The notes: a model not told the origin generated them from the sequence alone. 64,000 bases of DNA from an uncultured Hungatella sp. (GCA_910588325.1 CAJUPP010000010.1:2454-66453), one strand, 5' to 3'; shown: positions 27,696 through 37,710, counted from the stretch's first letter. Numbers and translations are program-made.

Positions 27696-28592
27696 TTATT
27701 GGTTGACCCATTTTTTCTGGCCGATAAACTGAATCAGTGTCATAATCAAAATAATGAAAAACAGGACAAAAGCCGCAGAGCTGGCATATCCGAACCGATA
27801 ATCCACAAAGGACTTGTTGTAAATATAATATGCCAGAACATTGGTAGCACGCCCCGGACCGCCCTGGGTCATAGCCATGATGACATCAAACACCTTAAAG
27901 GAACTGATCATCTGGGTCACCAGGCAGAAAAATATGGTGGGAGACAGCATAGGCAGTGTAATGTACAGAAACCGCTGCCAGGAGTCGGCCCCATCTAACT
28001 TCGCCGCCTCATAAAGCTCTATGTTGATTCCCTGAAGACCTGCCAGAAGAATAATGGCATTGTAACCCATGGAACGCCAGATTGTCACAATCTCTACAGA
28101 AATCAGCGCCCATGCAGAAGAAGAAATCCATTTCGGCGGTTCCTGCATCCCAAATGCCATCAATGCCTGATTGACCGGACCGTAATTGGCAAGCACCATG
28201 GACCAGACAAGGCCGATAGCAATCATGGAAGTAACCTGAGGCAGAAAATATACGGTCCGGAATATCTTGATTCCTGGAATTTTTATGTTCATCAAAAGTG
28301 CCATGAGAATACCGAAAATAATAGACAGAGGCACCGTCACTATAGTGTACCACATGGTATTTTTTAAGGATATGATAAAAGACTCATCCGCAAACAGGCT
28401 GGTATAATTTTTAATTCCGATAAAATCAAATGTGGCAAATCCGTCCCAGTTGCTTAAACTGATTACAAACGCGCGAAACACCGGATATAAGATAAAAATG
28501 AGAAACCCCGCTAAGTTTGGAAGCAGAAATAAAACTGCTGTCTTCTGCTGTCTTCTCAAATAAGCTGGTATTTTCGACTTTCCATTTGTCAT
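27696..28592 (-). CDS. carbohydrate ABC transporter permease (MalF-like)
   Basis: EAA loop YEAAKLDGADSWQRFLYITLP. RBS AAAGGAGA. Confidence 0.85.
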   Translation of the reverse strand: MTNGKSKIPAYLRRQQKTAVLFLLPNLAGFLIFILYPVFRAFVISLSNWDGFATFDFIGIKNYTSLFADESFIISLKNTMWYTIVTVPLSIIFGILMALLMNIKIPGIKIFRTVYFLPQVTSMIAIGLVWSMVLANYGPVNQALMAFGMQEPPKWISSSAWALISVEIVTIWRSMGYNAIILLAGLQGINIELYEAAKLDGADSWQRFLYITLPMLSPTIFFCLVTQMISSFKVFDVIMAMTQGGPGRATNVLAYYIYNKSFVDYRFGYASSAAFVLFFIILIMTLIQFIGQKKWVNQ

Positions 28593-28631
28593 ATACGTCT
28601 CCTTTCTAACTGCTCAAACCTCTTCTGGAAA

Positions 28632-28660
28632 CAAAAGCCGCCTGAAATCAGGCGACTTTT
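28632..28660 (-). terminator. intercistronic hairpin/partial terminator between the SBP and permease genes
   Basis: Minus strand CGCCTG-ATTT-CAGGCG followed by GCTTTTGTTT, inside the 143-nt SBP-permease spacer. Confidence 0.4.
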
Positions 28661-28735
28661 CACAAATCATCCTAACGCATAGGACACAATACCCCCTCTT
28701 TCATTCATGGCTGTGCCGAGAAAACAGCATGGGGG

Positions 28736-30097
28736 TTACTGAGCATTTAGCACTTCATCCTGCATACGTTTCTTGCTGTTAGCCTCTGCTGTCTCAATAT
28801 CCTGCTCACCAATCAGATACAAAGAGATCTCCTCTTTGATGATATTTGTTACAGAGTTATAATACTCATCACAAGGAACCTGAGAAATGATTTTCTGATT
28901 TACAATATATTCAATATGTTCCGGAGCCGACTTCCCTTCTGTGTATGTAGCGATGGTCTCATCTGACTGCCATGCCGGGAAATAATCATTGTCCAGAAGA
29001 AGGTCTGCGCCTTCTGCGCCTGCACAGTAAGAAATAAAGTCATAAGCAACATCCGGATTCTTCGCATTCTGAGCTACCATCAAAAGTCCGGGAGCACCAG
29101 GAGTAGCGGCGTCTTCTCCCTCCCAGTGGGGAAGAGGAGCGATATCATATTTCACATCTCCGTCGCCGTTTGCGATGGAAGTATTAAGCATCTCCACACC
29201 CCAGTCACCGGTAAAATACATTCCGTATTTTCCCTGAAGAAAGTTTCCGGTATAATCGGCACCAGCCTCGCTTGCCATGTCCTCATAGGGCGGCTGATAC
29301 CCTGCATCAGACAGGCTCTTACAGAATTCGGCGGCTTTCATCCAGTCATGAAGTTCATCATCATTCAAAGGATTGGTAGAACCCTTGCTGTTGGCCGGAA
29401 CTCTCCACCAAAGGCTGGTAGGCTGAAAATTCAGAGAACCGTAAATCTTATTAGCCCCTTCTCCGCTGGTCAGCTTACCTGCAATATCATAATATTCTTC
29501 CCATGTCCACTCACCGTCTGGATAAGGAACTCCGGCTGCATCAAAGATATCTTTATTGTAATAAACTACCCAGGAGCTTGTCTTGTACGGAAGGGCATAG
29601 GTCTTTCCGTCAATAGCTATGGACTCCAGCGTTCCTGCATAACCGCTGGTGTCAGTCTTGTTGGAAGATATCAAGTCATCCAATGCCATAACAGATCCTT
29701 TCGCCTGCACTTGTGCCAAACTTGGCGGAGAAGATACGCCAAAGCAGTCAATATCACCACCGCCGGAGAAGACGGTCAACAGTTTTGTCATATAGTCATT
29801 GCTTGGTATGAACTGAAGTTTAATCGTTACATTCGGATGATTTGCCATATAGGCATCTGCCAGCTTCGTGAAGATTCCTTCCTCGTCAGACCAAGCATAG
29901 AAATTAATGGTAACGGCTTCATCACCAGAACCCTGATTTGCTTCCTGCCCTCCCTGGGCTGCTGTGGTTTCCGCCGATGCCGTAGCTGTTGTTGTGCTGT
30001 TGACGCTGTCGTTGCTGCTATTTCCGCCGCCGCAGGCTGTCAAACTCAAGGCCATGGCTGCACTTAACATAAGCCCTATAGTCTTTTTGAATCTCAT
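28736..30097 (-). CDS. extracellular solute-binding lipoprotein (CUT1-type sugar ABC importer)
   Basis: Lipobox LSLTAC-GG, an S/T/A-rich linker and an SBP family-1 body. Likely start is ATG at 30097 after AGGGAGGA; the track ORF extends to 30160. Confidence 0.85.
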   Translation of the reverse strand: MRFKKTIGLMLSAAMALSLTACGGGNSSNDSVNSTTTATASAETTAAQGGQEANQGSGDEAVTINFYAWSDEEGIFTKLADAYMANHPNVTIKLQFIPSNDYMTKLLTVFSGGGDIDCFGVSSPPSLAQVQAKGSVMALDDLISSNKTDTSGYAGTLESIAIDGKTYALPYKTSSWVVYYNKDIFDAAGVPYPDGEWTWEEYYDIAGKLTSGEGANKIYGSLNFQPTSLWWRVPANSKGSTNPLNDDELHDWMKAAEFCKSLSDAGYQPPYEDMASEAGADYTGNFLQGKYGMYFTGDWGVEMLNTSIANGDGDVKYDIAPLPHWEGEDAATPGAPGLLMVAQNAKNPDVAYDFISYCAGAEGADLLLDNDYFPAWQSDETIATYTEGKSAPEHIEYIVNQKIISQVPCDEYYNSVTNIIKEEISLYLIGEQDIETAEANSKKRMQDEVLNAQ

Positions 30098-30205
30098 AGA
30101 TAAATCCTCCCTTTCCTGATTTTTATTTTTTATAACTATAACAGGAAAAAGCCATTCCATGAATTCTAAAAAGTGCTGTACCTCATTGCAAAAAATGCTG
30201 TTTGT

Positions 30206-31681
30206 CTATTCCCCCATCCGGAACTTGCTGGGCGTGCTTCCTGTATACCGCTTAAAGGCCTTGCAAAAATAATTGGCATCCAGATATCCCACTGCCTCCG
30301 CCGTGTCCTGCACATTGCACAAGCCGCTTTTCAAAAGTTCTTTTGCCTTCTCCATGCGTACCGCTTCCACATATGCCGTAATCGTCATGTTCTTTTTCTT
30401 CTTAAATGCCAGAAAAAGGGAAGAAGAACTCATAAAAAACTGGCGTTCCAATTCCTCCATCTGGAGATTTCCTGCATAGTTTTTCTGAATATAAAAGGTA
30501 ATTCTCTGAGCCAAATCACTGACGTCCTTAGAAGACATTTCACCCATCAGCACTTCAATCAGACTGCACAGCCTTTCCCGTATCTCCTGCGCTTCATGAA
30601 ACATAAGGACAAAATTCTCCCGCCGGAAATCATTGGTATAAAGCTGTACCTCCGAGATCATTCCCGTATCCCATCCGGCCCGGAAAAGACATTCAATCAC
30701 CGTGCCCACAATCATTTCAATGGTTATGGCATCCTGCAATTTTTTCCAGTCAAAATCATTTAGATAGGAAATCAGTCCCTGGCCGGCCATCTTATAGTCC
30801 TTCTTAGACAGGGCAGAGTAAACCATATTCAGTTTTGGCGTGTTATAGGGCGAAATGTCATAGGAGGAAGCCTTGCGGTCTGACCAGCAGAATACACGTT
30901 TCGAAGCATCAAACAGCTTCTCCTTCGATGCAGACACCGCCTCTGCCACACAGTGAAGAAACTCATCCTTGTCCGTCTCCTTGCTTCCTCTGTACACATC
31001 TGATATTCCTACCGTTATCTCATAATCCGCCCAAAGATTATTCGTCAAAAGCCTGATAGCCTTTGCCAGAGACACCATATCCAGCTTCTCTTTCCGGACA
31101 CAGAATATCTGGCAAAAGAGCATATTGTGTCCAATAACTCTGGCAATTTCTCCTAAGGCTGCCAACTGTCTGCTCATATGTTTCTGATTCTGGCTTCCGC
31201 TCCACTGCCCGCTTCTCTCATATACGGAAAAACAGGCAAATTCCTGACTTTCCAGATACCCGTTCTGAAAATCATGAAGATCCAGCACCTGTTGCTCCCG
31301 CTCCTCTTCCTCCAGCCGGGAAAGCAGCCTTCTTAAGGTTCTGTCTACTTCCTCCTCCTCCAGCGGTTTTAAAAGATAATCAAACACCCCCGTCTCTATG
31401 GCTTTCCTTGCATACTGAAAATCATTGTAGGCACTGATAATGATAATCACAATATCCGGATATTCTTCTGCCAACAGGGAGGTCAAATCAAACCCATCCA
31501 GTACCGGCATCCTGATATCCACAAACATCAGGTCCGGCTTCAATAAGGGCACAAGCTGGTATGCCTCCTGGCCGTTAGCAGCCTCACCTGCCACTTCCAT
31601 TCCGTAGGCCTTCCAATCGATTCGGTTACAGAAGCTTTTCCGAATGTAAAATTCATCATCTACAATCATAACACGATACAT
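30206..31681 (-). CDS. two-component response regulator with AraC-type output domain (YesN-like)
   Basis: Receiver MIVDDE...DLMFVDIRMPVLDG and a C-terminal AraC HTH (YFCKAFKRYTGSTPSKFR). Overlaps the kinase gene's 3' end. Confidence 0.85.
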   Translation of the reverse strand: MYRVMIVDDEFYIRKSFCNRIDWKAYGMEVAGEAANGQEAYQLVPLLKPDLMFVDIRMPVLDGFDLTSLLAEEYPDIVIIIISAYNDFQYARKAIETGVFDYLLKPLEEEEVDRTLRRLLSRLEEEEREQQVLDLHDFQNGYLESQEFACFSVYERSGQWSGSQNQKHMSRQLAALGEIARVIGHNMLFCQIFCVRKEKLDMVSLAKAIRLLTNNLWADYEITVGISDVYRGSKETDKDEFLHCVAEAVSASKEKLFDASKRVFCWSDRKASSYDISPYNTPKLNMVYSALSKKDYKMAGQGLISYLNDFDWKKLQDAITIEMIVGTVIECLFRAGWDTGMISEVQLYTNDFRRENFVLMFHEAQEIRERLCSLIEVLMGEMSSKDVSDLAQRITFYIQKNYAGNLQMEELERQFFMSSSSLFLAFKKKKNMTITAYVEAVRMEKAKELLKSGLCNVQDTAEAVGYLDANYFCKAFKRYTGSTPSKFRMGE

Positions 31682-33441
31682 TCTGTTTCCTCCCTTGTAT
31701 CATAAGGTATCTGAATTCTGATATCCGTTCCCTTTCCCATCTCACTTTCAATAAAAATAGAGTATGCAGATCCAAAATACAGCTTCATCCGCAGGTGCAC
31801 ATTCAGCAAACCGGTATTGCTGGAATTTTCCATCATCTTTAAATAATTTTCATCATCCGCAAGAAGCTGTTCTCTCAGCTTTTCCAGCTTCACGGGAGAA
31901 ATCCCGCAGCCATTGTCCTTTATTCGTATCTCTATCTCCTCCCCATATTTTTGTACTCCTACATAAATCAGCCCTCCTTTTGAGCGGTTGTCCATGCCAT
32001 GGCCGATGGCATTCTCCACTAAAGGCTGCAGAGAAAACTTCACAATCCGTGCATCCAGACACTCCGGATCAATCATATACTGTGGTTCAAAGCTGCCTCC
32101 CATTCGTATGGACAGAACCTTTGTATAATTCTGCACATGAGTCAATTCCTCCTTAAGGGTCGTACTTCCGGCCATCTTGGTATTGTACCGCAGCATGGCG
32201 CTGATACATTTGCAGATTTCTATAATTTCACTGTCCATTCCCTCCGACGCCATCCCCATAAGGGTTTCCATACTGTTATAGATAAAATGAGGATTAATCT
32301 GCTGCTGCAGTGCCTTAATCTGCGCTTCGCTTAAAAGCGCCTGCTTCGCCTCTATTTTTCCTACCAGCTCATGAATCTGCTTGGCCATATCGTTAAAATT
32401 CACAATTACCCGTTCGATTTCATCATCTGCGTCAGGATTCACCTGGATTTCCAAATCTCCCTGTTTAATAGCATTCATCCCCTCCGTAAGACGGCTCATA
32501 TTTCGATTTAGAATCTCACTGTTCTTATCCACTACAGTAAGACAGATTCCCAATGTCAGAAAAAGAACCGTGAGAAACAAAAAGCCGATTGTAACCTCCC
32601 TCCTGTACAGATCCGTTTTGGAGATTCCTACGGCCACCAGCCATCCTGTCTCCCCAGAAAGTCCGCAGTAGAGAAATGTTCCGCCTGCCGATTCCTCTTG
32701 AATCGCAGCCGATTCCTTTCCCTCTGCCAGCAGATGTTCCGGCAAATCCAGTTCTTTCCCTGTGTAGAACAATACCCCCCCGTCTTCGGACAATATCTCT
32801 ACTCCCTCCACCCCCACATAATCCATCATCAACCGTTCCTGAAGTTTTGCCAAATCCATGTCAATCCGCAGGTATCCTACAGGAAGATTGCTGTACAAAT
32901 CATCAATACGGTATATCATGGAATGAACAAAATCTCCGCCGTTTATCTGTTCCTCCGAATGAATATTCGTCAGCAGAACCTTTCTCTGTCCGGAATTGTT
33001 CAGCTGCTCATACCAATGGCTGGCTTTAAAATTGGCTATTCTCTCGTAGTCATTTTTTGTATAGATCGAATACGCATTTCTGGGAGAATTCTCTTTATAG
33101 AAAATCAGCCTTAAATCATCACGGGAATGATAATAAATCTGCTCGATGCTTTTTAATACCTGCATGTTGCTGCTGGTATCCGTTTCTGCTTTCAGTACAT
33201 TATTCAGGGATTCATTATATATAATCGCATCTGCGATCCGGTCAATCTGTCGGAAATACTGATCCACAATTTGAAGATTTGCCGTCAGCATATTTTTTCC
33301 GGAAGACTTAGCATTCTCATAAATCGTCTGATAAAAAAACATATACGCAAACAAATAGGTAATCAGATTGGAAATCAGAATCAAAAGCACCATATATAGG
33401 CTTATCCTGCGCATAAAGGATTGTCTTTTCATCCGTTTCAT
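31666..33441 (-). CDS. sensor histidine kinase (YesM/LytS-type)
   Basis: Two TMs flanking an extracytoplasmic domain, a HAMP region, the QINPHFIYNS histidine box and HATPase G-boxes (DNGCGI, GLLNV). ATGA overlap with the upstream SBP-like gene. Confidence 0.85.
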   Translation of the reverse strand: MKRMKRQSFMRRISLYMVLLILISNLITYLFAYMFFYQTIYENAKSSGKNMLTANLQIVDQYFRQIDRIADAIIYNESLNNVLKAETDTSSNMQVLKSIEQIYYHSRDDLRLIFYKENSPRNAYSIYTKNDYERIANFKASHWYEQLNNSGQRKVLLTNIHSEEQINGGDFVHSMIYRIDDLYSNLPVGYLRIDMDLAKLQERLMMDYVGVEGVEILSEDGGVLFYTGKELDLPEHLLAEGKESAAIQEESAGGTFLYCGLSGETGWLVAVGISKTDLYRREVTIGFLFLTVLFLTLGICLTVVDKNSEILNRNMSRLTEGMNAIKQGDLEIQVNPDADDEIERVIVNFNDMAKQIHELVGKIEAKQALLSEAQIKALQQQINPHFIYNSMETLMGMASEGMDSEIIEICKCISAMLRYNTKMAGSTTLKEELTHVQNYTKVLSIRMGGSFEPQYMIDPECLDARIVKFSLQPLVENAIGHGMDNRSKGGLIYVGVQKYGEEIEIRIKDNGCGISPVKLEKLREQLLADDENYLKMMENSSNTGLLNVHLRMKLYFGSAYSIFIESEMGKGTDIRIQIPYDTREETECIVL

Positions 33442-34724
33442 GGGGTAACCATCCTTTCTGCCAGCTGCTCCTCATAATTCTTCAAAGCAGTCTCCAGAGA
33501 TATCTCCTTCATAAAATAAGACCAGATATTGTCATGAAGCAGATTCATGGATATGGTGTAATCTGTCGTAGCCGGAAAATGGGATATTTCCTCTTCCGTG
33601 AAAAAATATTCCGTATGTTCAGGCATACGGATACTGTCCTGGAAAACCTGACGGACCTCTTTAGAGTTCCAGGCAGGGAGAAATCCCTTTGCTGCAATCT
33701 TCTTCGCCCCTTCTTCCCCACAGGCATACTCCAAAAACAATACGGCTTCCTCTTTTTTCTGTGATTTTTCCGCTACCATGAGAACTGCCGGAGAACCGAT
33801 GGCGTAATCTTTCTCCTCATCCCAGCCGGGAAGCTTTGCCACATCATACTGAAAATCCGGATACTCACTGTCCATCCGCTCCCTCAGCATAGAGAGGCAC
33901 CATTCGCCATTGTACATCATCGCCGCCTCTCCTCCTAAAAAACGGCGGATATAATCCTTGCTCCCCACATCTGTCAGCTGGCTATAAGGCATCGCCGCAC
34001 CTTTTTCGTATGTTAAGGAATAATTCCATTTTGCCGCTTCTGCAAAAAGCTTTAAGTCCTCTTCCTCCATAGGGTTCTCTGCTCCTGCTGTCCTCACCGG
34101 CACTCTCCACCAAGTGCTCTCATAATTCAGAGATCCATACCATCCTCTCTGAGGGTTGGTCAGGCGCTCTGCCAAGGCCGCATAATCCTCCCAGGTCCAG
34201 TCCCCTTCCGGATACGGAACCCCTTGAGCATCGAAAATTTCTTTATTGTAATAAACGACCCAGGCACTGTTTCGGTAGGGAAGCATGTACACTCCCTCCT
34301 CACTGTCCAAAAAATCCATAAGACTTCCAAGGCCGCTTAGATCCGCATTCTTAAGATATTCTCTCAAATCAGTAAGCTGTCCCTTCTCAATCAACTGGGC
34401 TCCGCCTGCTGCCGTTGCTATGGCAATCACATCCACAGCCTCGTCTCCGTTGAGAATAATCTGAAAGCTTTGAGTCGTTTCATTATTAGGAAGGTAATGA
34501 ACATTTACTGTAATATCCGGATATTTTTCCATAAACCCTTCTGCCAATGTACTAAATGTCTCTATCTCATCATACCAGGCATATACCTCCAGTGTGGAGG
34601 GTTCCTCTACCCTCTCCCCATACTCACTGCTGTCCTGACTGCTTTCTCTCAACAATATCAACGTCGTAAAAAGCGATACGCCAAACAGCACCCACAAAAT
34701 AATAATTCCCTTCTTCAGCTTCAT
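33438..34724 (-). CDS. membrane-anchored solute-binding protein, probable ligand sensor for the adjacent kinase
   Basis: 428 aa. Uncleaved N-terminal TM (no lipobox Cys), then an SBP family-1 fold similar to the transporter SBP at 28736-30097 (shared AWVVYYNKEIFDA.GVPYP.G.WTWE.Y motif). Confidence 0.75.
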   Translation of the reverse strand: MKLKKGIIILWVLFGVSLFTTLILLRESSQDSSEYGERVEEPSTLEVYAWYDEIETFSTLAEGFMEKYPDITVNVHYLPNNETTQSFQIILNGDEAVDVIAIATAAGGAQLIEKGQLTDLREYLKNADLSGLGSLMDFLDSEEGVYMLPYRNSAWVVYYNKEIFDAQGVPYPEGDWTWEDYAALAERLTNPQRGWYGSLNYESTWWRVPVRTAGAENPMEEEDLKLFAEAAKWNYSLTYEKGAAMPYSQLTDVGSKDYIRRFLGGEAAMMYNGEWCLSMLRERMDSEYPDFQYDVAKLPGWDEEKDYAIGSPAVLMVAEKSQKKEEAVLFLEYACGEEGAKKIAAKGFLPAWNSKEVRQVFQDSIRMPEHTEYFFTEEEISHFPATTDYTISMNLLHDNIWSYFMKEISLETALKNYEEQLAERMVTP

Positions 34725-35161
34725 GCCTGCAGAAATTCCTCTCTCAAAACTACAACATTGGAATACTCCAATAATTTGGGCTGTTTTTCCTGTTCCTGAT
34801 ACTCTTTTGGCGCAGTACCCATATATTTACAGAAATTCTTGTAAAATATGGAATAATCCTGATATCCAGCCGCCTCCGCCGCAGTTTGTGCAGGAATCCC
34901 ACGGCCAATCATCTCCGAGGCCGCCCAGATCCGCCGCTCTGTCAGATACCCATGTATCGTTTTTCCTGTCTGCTGTTTAAACTCTCTCATTAAGTGATAC
35001 TTGCTAACATACAGTCTTTCTGACAAATCGTCAACCGATACCTTTTCCGAAAAATGCATATCCAGGTATTCCAGTGTTTCTTTTACATAAGAAGGCATCC
35101 TTTTTCTCTTAACAGAAACCAAATCAATAATTTTTGTATCTTCCCTTCTGCCCAAAACCAT
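34721..35161 (-). CDS. AraC-family HTH-only transcriptional regulator
   Basis: 146 aa made almost entirely of the double AraC HTH (LSERLYVSKYHLMREFK...AGYQDYSIFYKNFCKYMGTAPKEY). Strong GGGAGGGG RBS. Its stop overlaps the next start (ATGA). Confidence 0.75.
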   Translation of the reverse strand: MVLGRREDTKIIDLVSVKRKRMPSYVKETLEYLDMHFSEKVSVDDLSERLYVSKYHLMREFKQQTGKTIHGYLTERRIWAASEMIGRGIPAQTAAEAAGYQDYSIFYKNFCKYMGTAPKEYQEQEKQPKLLEYSNVVVLREEFLQA

Positions 35162-35319
35162 ATTCCCCTCCCTATCTGTTCAGGCTACACTCCATCGTAA
35201 TTATTGTACCCTGCTATGGTCGGTTTCCGTTAGAAAATTCCTGCAAACAAATTAGTACTTTTCCATAATTATTCCCCCCAAAAACCACTCATTATCATCT
35301 CTTTCACACAAATTGCCAA

Positions 35320-35366
35320 AATAATAAAGGGCCAAGAACAGTTTTCCTGAACTTGGCCTTTTCTCG
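35320..35366. terminator. bidirectional hairpin downstream of the spoIIM-like gene
   Basis: GGCCAAG..CAG-loop-CTG..CTTGGCC, flanked by T-rich runs on both strands. Confidence 0.5.
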
Positions 35367-35393
35367 TATTCTCTTTTTTCATTTTGTGTAACC

Positions 35394-35909
35394 TTAAAAA
35401 TTTAAAAACGTTTCCATGAAAGTGCCGATAATAATAACAAAAATAAGAAACAGCCACACCCGTATCTTTATTTTCTCTAATCCGTTTTCGCCTCCTACTG
35501 CCAGAATGATCCATGACAAACCGTAAAAAATCCATTGTGGCAGCACTGAACGCAGAAAAAGAAATAGTCCCATCCATCCGCTTTCCAGTGTAAACGTAGA
35601 AATTATCAATCCGCTGTTAAAACCAAATATCGCGGAGAGCCCATAGAAAGCCCATTTTGCCAAGGGGGTCATTCCCACCAAAGCCCCCACTCCGATTTCA
35701 CCGAAACGCCGCTTTAAGGTGTATCTCCATAGCTGCCCTCTTTCTTCCATTCCCATAGACTGTCCCCATTGATATATGGAATCAAAATAGCCAATCTGTT
35801 TCAGCAGTTCCCCGCTGAGCAAATTGGCTGTCACGCATCCAACTATGCTTCCTGCTGCAAAAAGCAGAAACAGCATATCCGTAAACGACCCCCAACGCCC
35901 CTTTTTCAT
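35394..35909 (-). CDS. SpoIIM-like (stage II sporulation protein M family) membrane protein
   Basis: 171 aa, 4-5 TMs. The VLPQ motif and overall pattern resemble B. subtilis SpoIIM. Assignment is tentative. Confidence 0.45.
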   Translation of the reverse strand: MKKGRWGSFTDMLFLLFAAGSIVGCVTANLLSGELLKQIGYFDSIYQWGQSMGMEERGQLWRYTLKRRFGEIGVGALVGMTPLAKWAFYGLSAIFGFNSGLIISTFTLESGWMGLFLFLRSVLPQWIFYGLSWIILAVGGENGLEKIKIRVWLFLIFVIIIGTFMETFLNF

Positions 35910-35972
35910 CCGGAACCCCTGTACTTTTTTTACAGCCTATGAAGAAGGATCGCTCTTTATACGTTTTTCCTT

Positions 35973-36605
35973 CTATTTTCTACCAGCGTATTTGACCGCA
36001 TAGGCTGTGATAGCCGCTACGGTCTTACCGTCTGTCATTTTTCCGTCATAAATAAGTTTCAGTAAATCCTCCAATTCCCATGCCTCTACTTCAATGACCT
36101 CATCCTCATCCAGATGCTGATGGGAAGGTATTAGATTTCTGGCTACGAAAATGTCAATCGCCTCATCGCAGAAAGCAACTGTAGTGTTGACACTGATTAA
36201 ATATTCCAGATTGTCTGAACGATATCCAGTCTCCTCTTCCAACTCTCTGTATGCGCACTCAATCTTAGGTTCATCCGGTGCATCCAGTTTTCCTGCCGGA
36301 ATCTCCAGCGTCTCACGGTCCAACGCGTTGCGGTACTGACGCACCATCAGAATCTTCCCATCCCCCGTGACCGGAAGCACTGCCGCCGCACCGTCATGAT
36401 GAATGAAGTCCCAATGTGCCTCATGTCCGTTGGCAATCACCGTATCCTCATATATCTTTAAAATTGTCCCCTGATATTTTAACTGTCTGTTCAAACGCAC
36501 AACACTCTCTGCCATATTCTTCTGCCTCTGCTTTCTTTCCTTTTCTAATTTCTTTTTTATCGCTGCTTTCTCCTTTGTCACTGCTTTCTTTCCTTTTTGC
36601 AACAC
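35973..36605 (-). CDS. NUDIX hydrolase (ADP-ribose pyrophosphatase-like)
   Basis: Nudix box GKLD....P...A.RELEEETGY. The K-rich N-terminal extension may not be translated; alternative ATG at 36515. Confidence 0.8.
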   Translation of the reverse strand: MLQKGKKAVTKEKAAIKKKLEKERKQRQKNMAESVVRLNRQLKYQGTILKIYEDTVIANGHEAHWDFIHHDGAAAVLPVTGDGKILMVRQYRNALDRETLEIPAGKLDAPDEPKIECAYRELEEETGYRSDNLEYLISVNTTVAFCDEAIDIFVARNLIPSHQHLDEDEVIEVEAWELEDLLKLIYDGKMTDGKTVAAITAYAVKYAGRK

Positions 36606-36626
36606 TATACCAGTATCCTGATCTTC

Positions 36627-37637
36627 CTACTGTATCCAGGCACCGGTGGAATCTACTCTTCTGCCGCTTCCGTCCGGAACCATGGCATTTACCAGCATAT
36701 CCCCGCTCTCAGGCATACAGTAATAGGATTTCCCGCTCCAGTCTATCCAACCTGTCACCATATATCCCTTGGAATCAAAGAAATACCATTTTCCATCAAT
36801 CATCTGCCAATTACTGGTTGTATAGCTCCCGTCTCCATTGCAGTACCACCAGCCTACATGGTCTAAAATCCAGCCATACTGTTGATTCTGCTGGTTAACC
36901 AGCTGTCCTGGTTCCGTGACACCTTCCGGTACGGGAGTCCCATACAGACTGCGAAATTGCTGCGCGGTAGCTTCATCTACATATACGCTGCCATCTGCTT
37001 CCCGCCAATCGCTTTTTTTCCCATTATCCTGGGCATTTACCCCACGCACTCTGTAAGAATAAGTGCCGGCGCGGGTCATCATGGGAGCAAAATCAAAGCT
37101 TGTTCCTACTGTATTTTGATAATCGCCCACACTTCTTCCGTCTCTGTATAAGCGCAGCTCATAATAGCCTGCATTGAATGTCTCGCTCCAACTACCTGTA
37201 GTCTGTGAACTCCAATGAGCCTCACGGATTTCTCCCATCTGTTCTCTCAGCGAAGGAAGCTGAATTTTCAGAATGATCGTGGTAGCTCCCTTTTTTGTTC
37301 CGCTTATATAAGTGCCGCCTTTTACGTTAATCGTAGATTTTACCACAGAAAAATAATATCCGTCCTCCGCCTCCAGCGTAACCTCTATCTCCGGTGTATC
37401 GCTGCATCCCCACACATCAATCTCATTCATGATCTCAATATCGCCAACTGAGTATCTGTCACTTCTTGTTGTAACCTCTACATCATTCTCCGTAAGGCGC
37501 TCTCCTACTTTGAAATCATTCTCTACCGTAATGACCACCTCTTTAAGCTTCTGAGCTCCAAATGCCTGAACACTGATTTCTGTAAGAAAAATCATGGTTA
37601 GTATCAACAGGCTCACTGTCCTTTTCTTCCTCTTCAA
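36627..37637 (-). CDS. secreted protein with C-terminal choline-binding-type cell-wall-binding repeats
   Basis: Signal peptide, then three aromatic GW/YF repeats (GWILDHVGWWYCN, IDGKWYFFDSKGYMVTGW, SGKSYYC). Likely TTG start at 37637, 6 nt after GGGAGGAGGGAG; the track ORF extends to 37691. Confidence 0.7.
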   Translation of the reverse strand: MKRKKRTVSLLILTMIFLTEISVQAFGAQKLKEVVITVENDFKVGERLTENDVEVTTRSDRYSVGDIEIMNEIDVWGCSDTPEIEVTLEAEDGYYFSVVKSTINVKGGTYISGTKKGATTIILKIQLPSLREQMGEIREAHWSSQTTGSWSETFNAGYYELRLYRDGRSVGDYQNTVGTSFDFAPMMTRAGTYSYRVRGVNAQDNGKKSDWREADGSVYVDEATAQQFRSLYGTPVPEGVTEPGQLVNQQNQQYGWILDHVGWWYCNGDGSYTTSNWQMIDGKWYFFDSKGYMVTGWIDWSGKSYYCMPESGDMLVNAMVPDGSGRRVDSTGAWIQ

Positions 37638-37663
37638 GTTCTCCCTCCTCCCTATAGCTATAA

Positions 37664-37692
37664 CTTTATGCCTTATTTTTCCTTCTGTCAAT
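37664..37692 (-). promoter_or_regulatory. sigma-A type promoter for the cell-wall-binding protein gene
   Basis: The minus strand reads TTGACA-N17-TAAAGT. Confidence 0.4.
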
Positions 37693-37710
37693 AGAATTCA
37701 TCTAACCGTA

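Noticed and set aside
14556-35400. Classical tRNA-integrated genomic island.
   Set aside because: No integrase, excisionase or transposase lies in the block, and by eye I found no direct repeat of the tRNA-Arg 3' end near the distal boundary (35.16-35.39 kb). Kept only as a low-interest boundary observation.
35269-35577. 102-aa ORF overlapping the 3' end of the spoIIM-like gene and the downstream hairpin.
   Set aside because: It overlaps a better-supported membrane protein gene in another frame, spans a terminator hairpin, and has no RBS.
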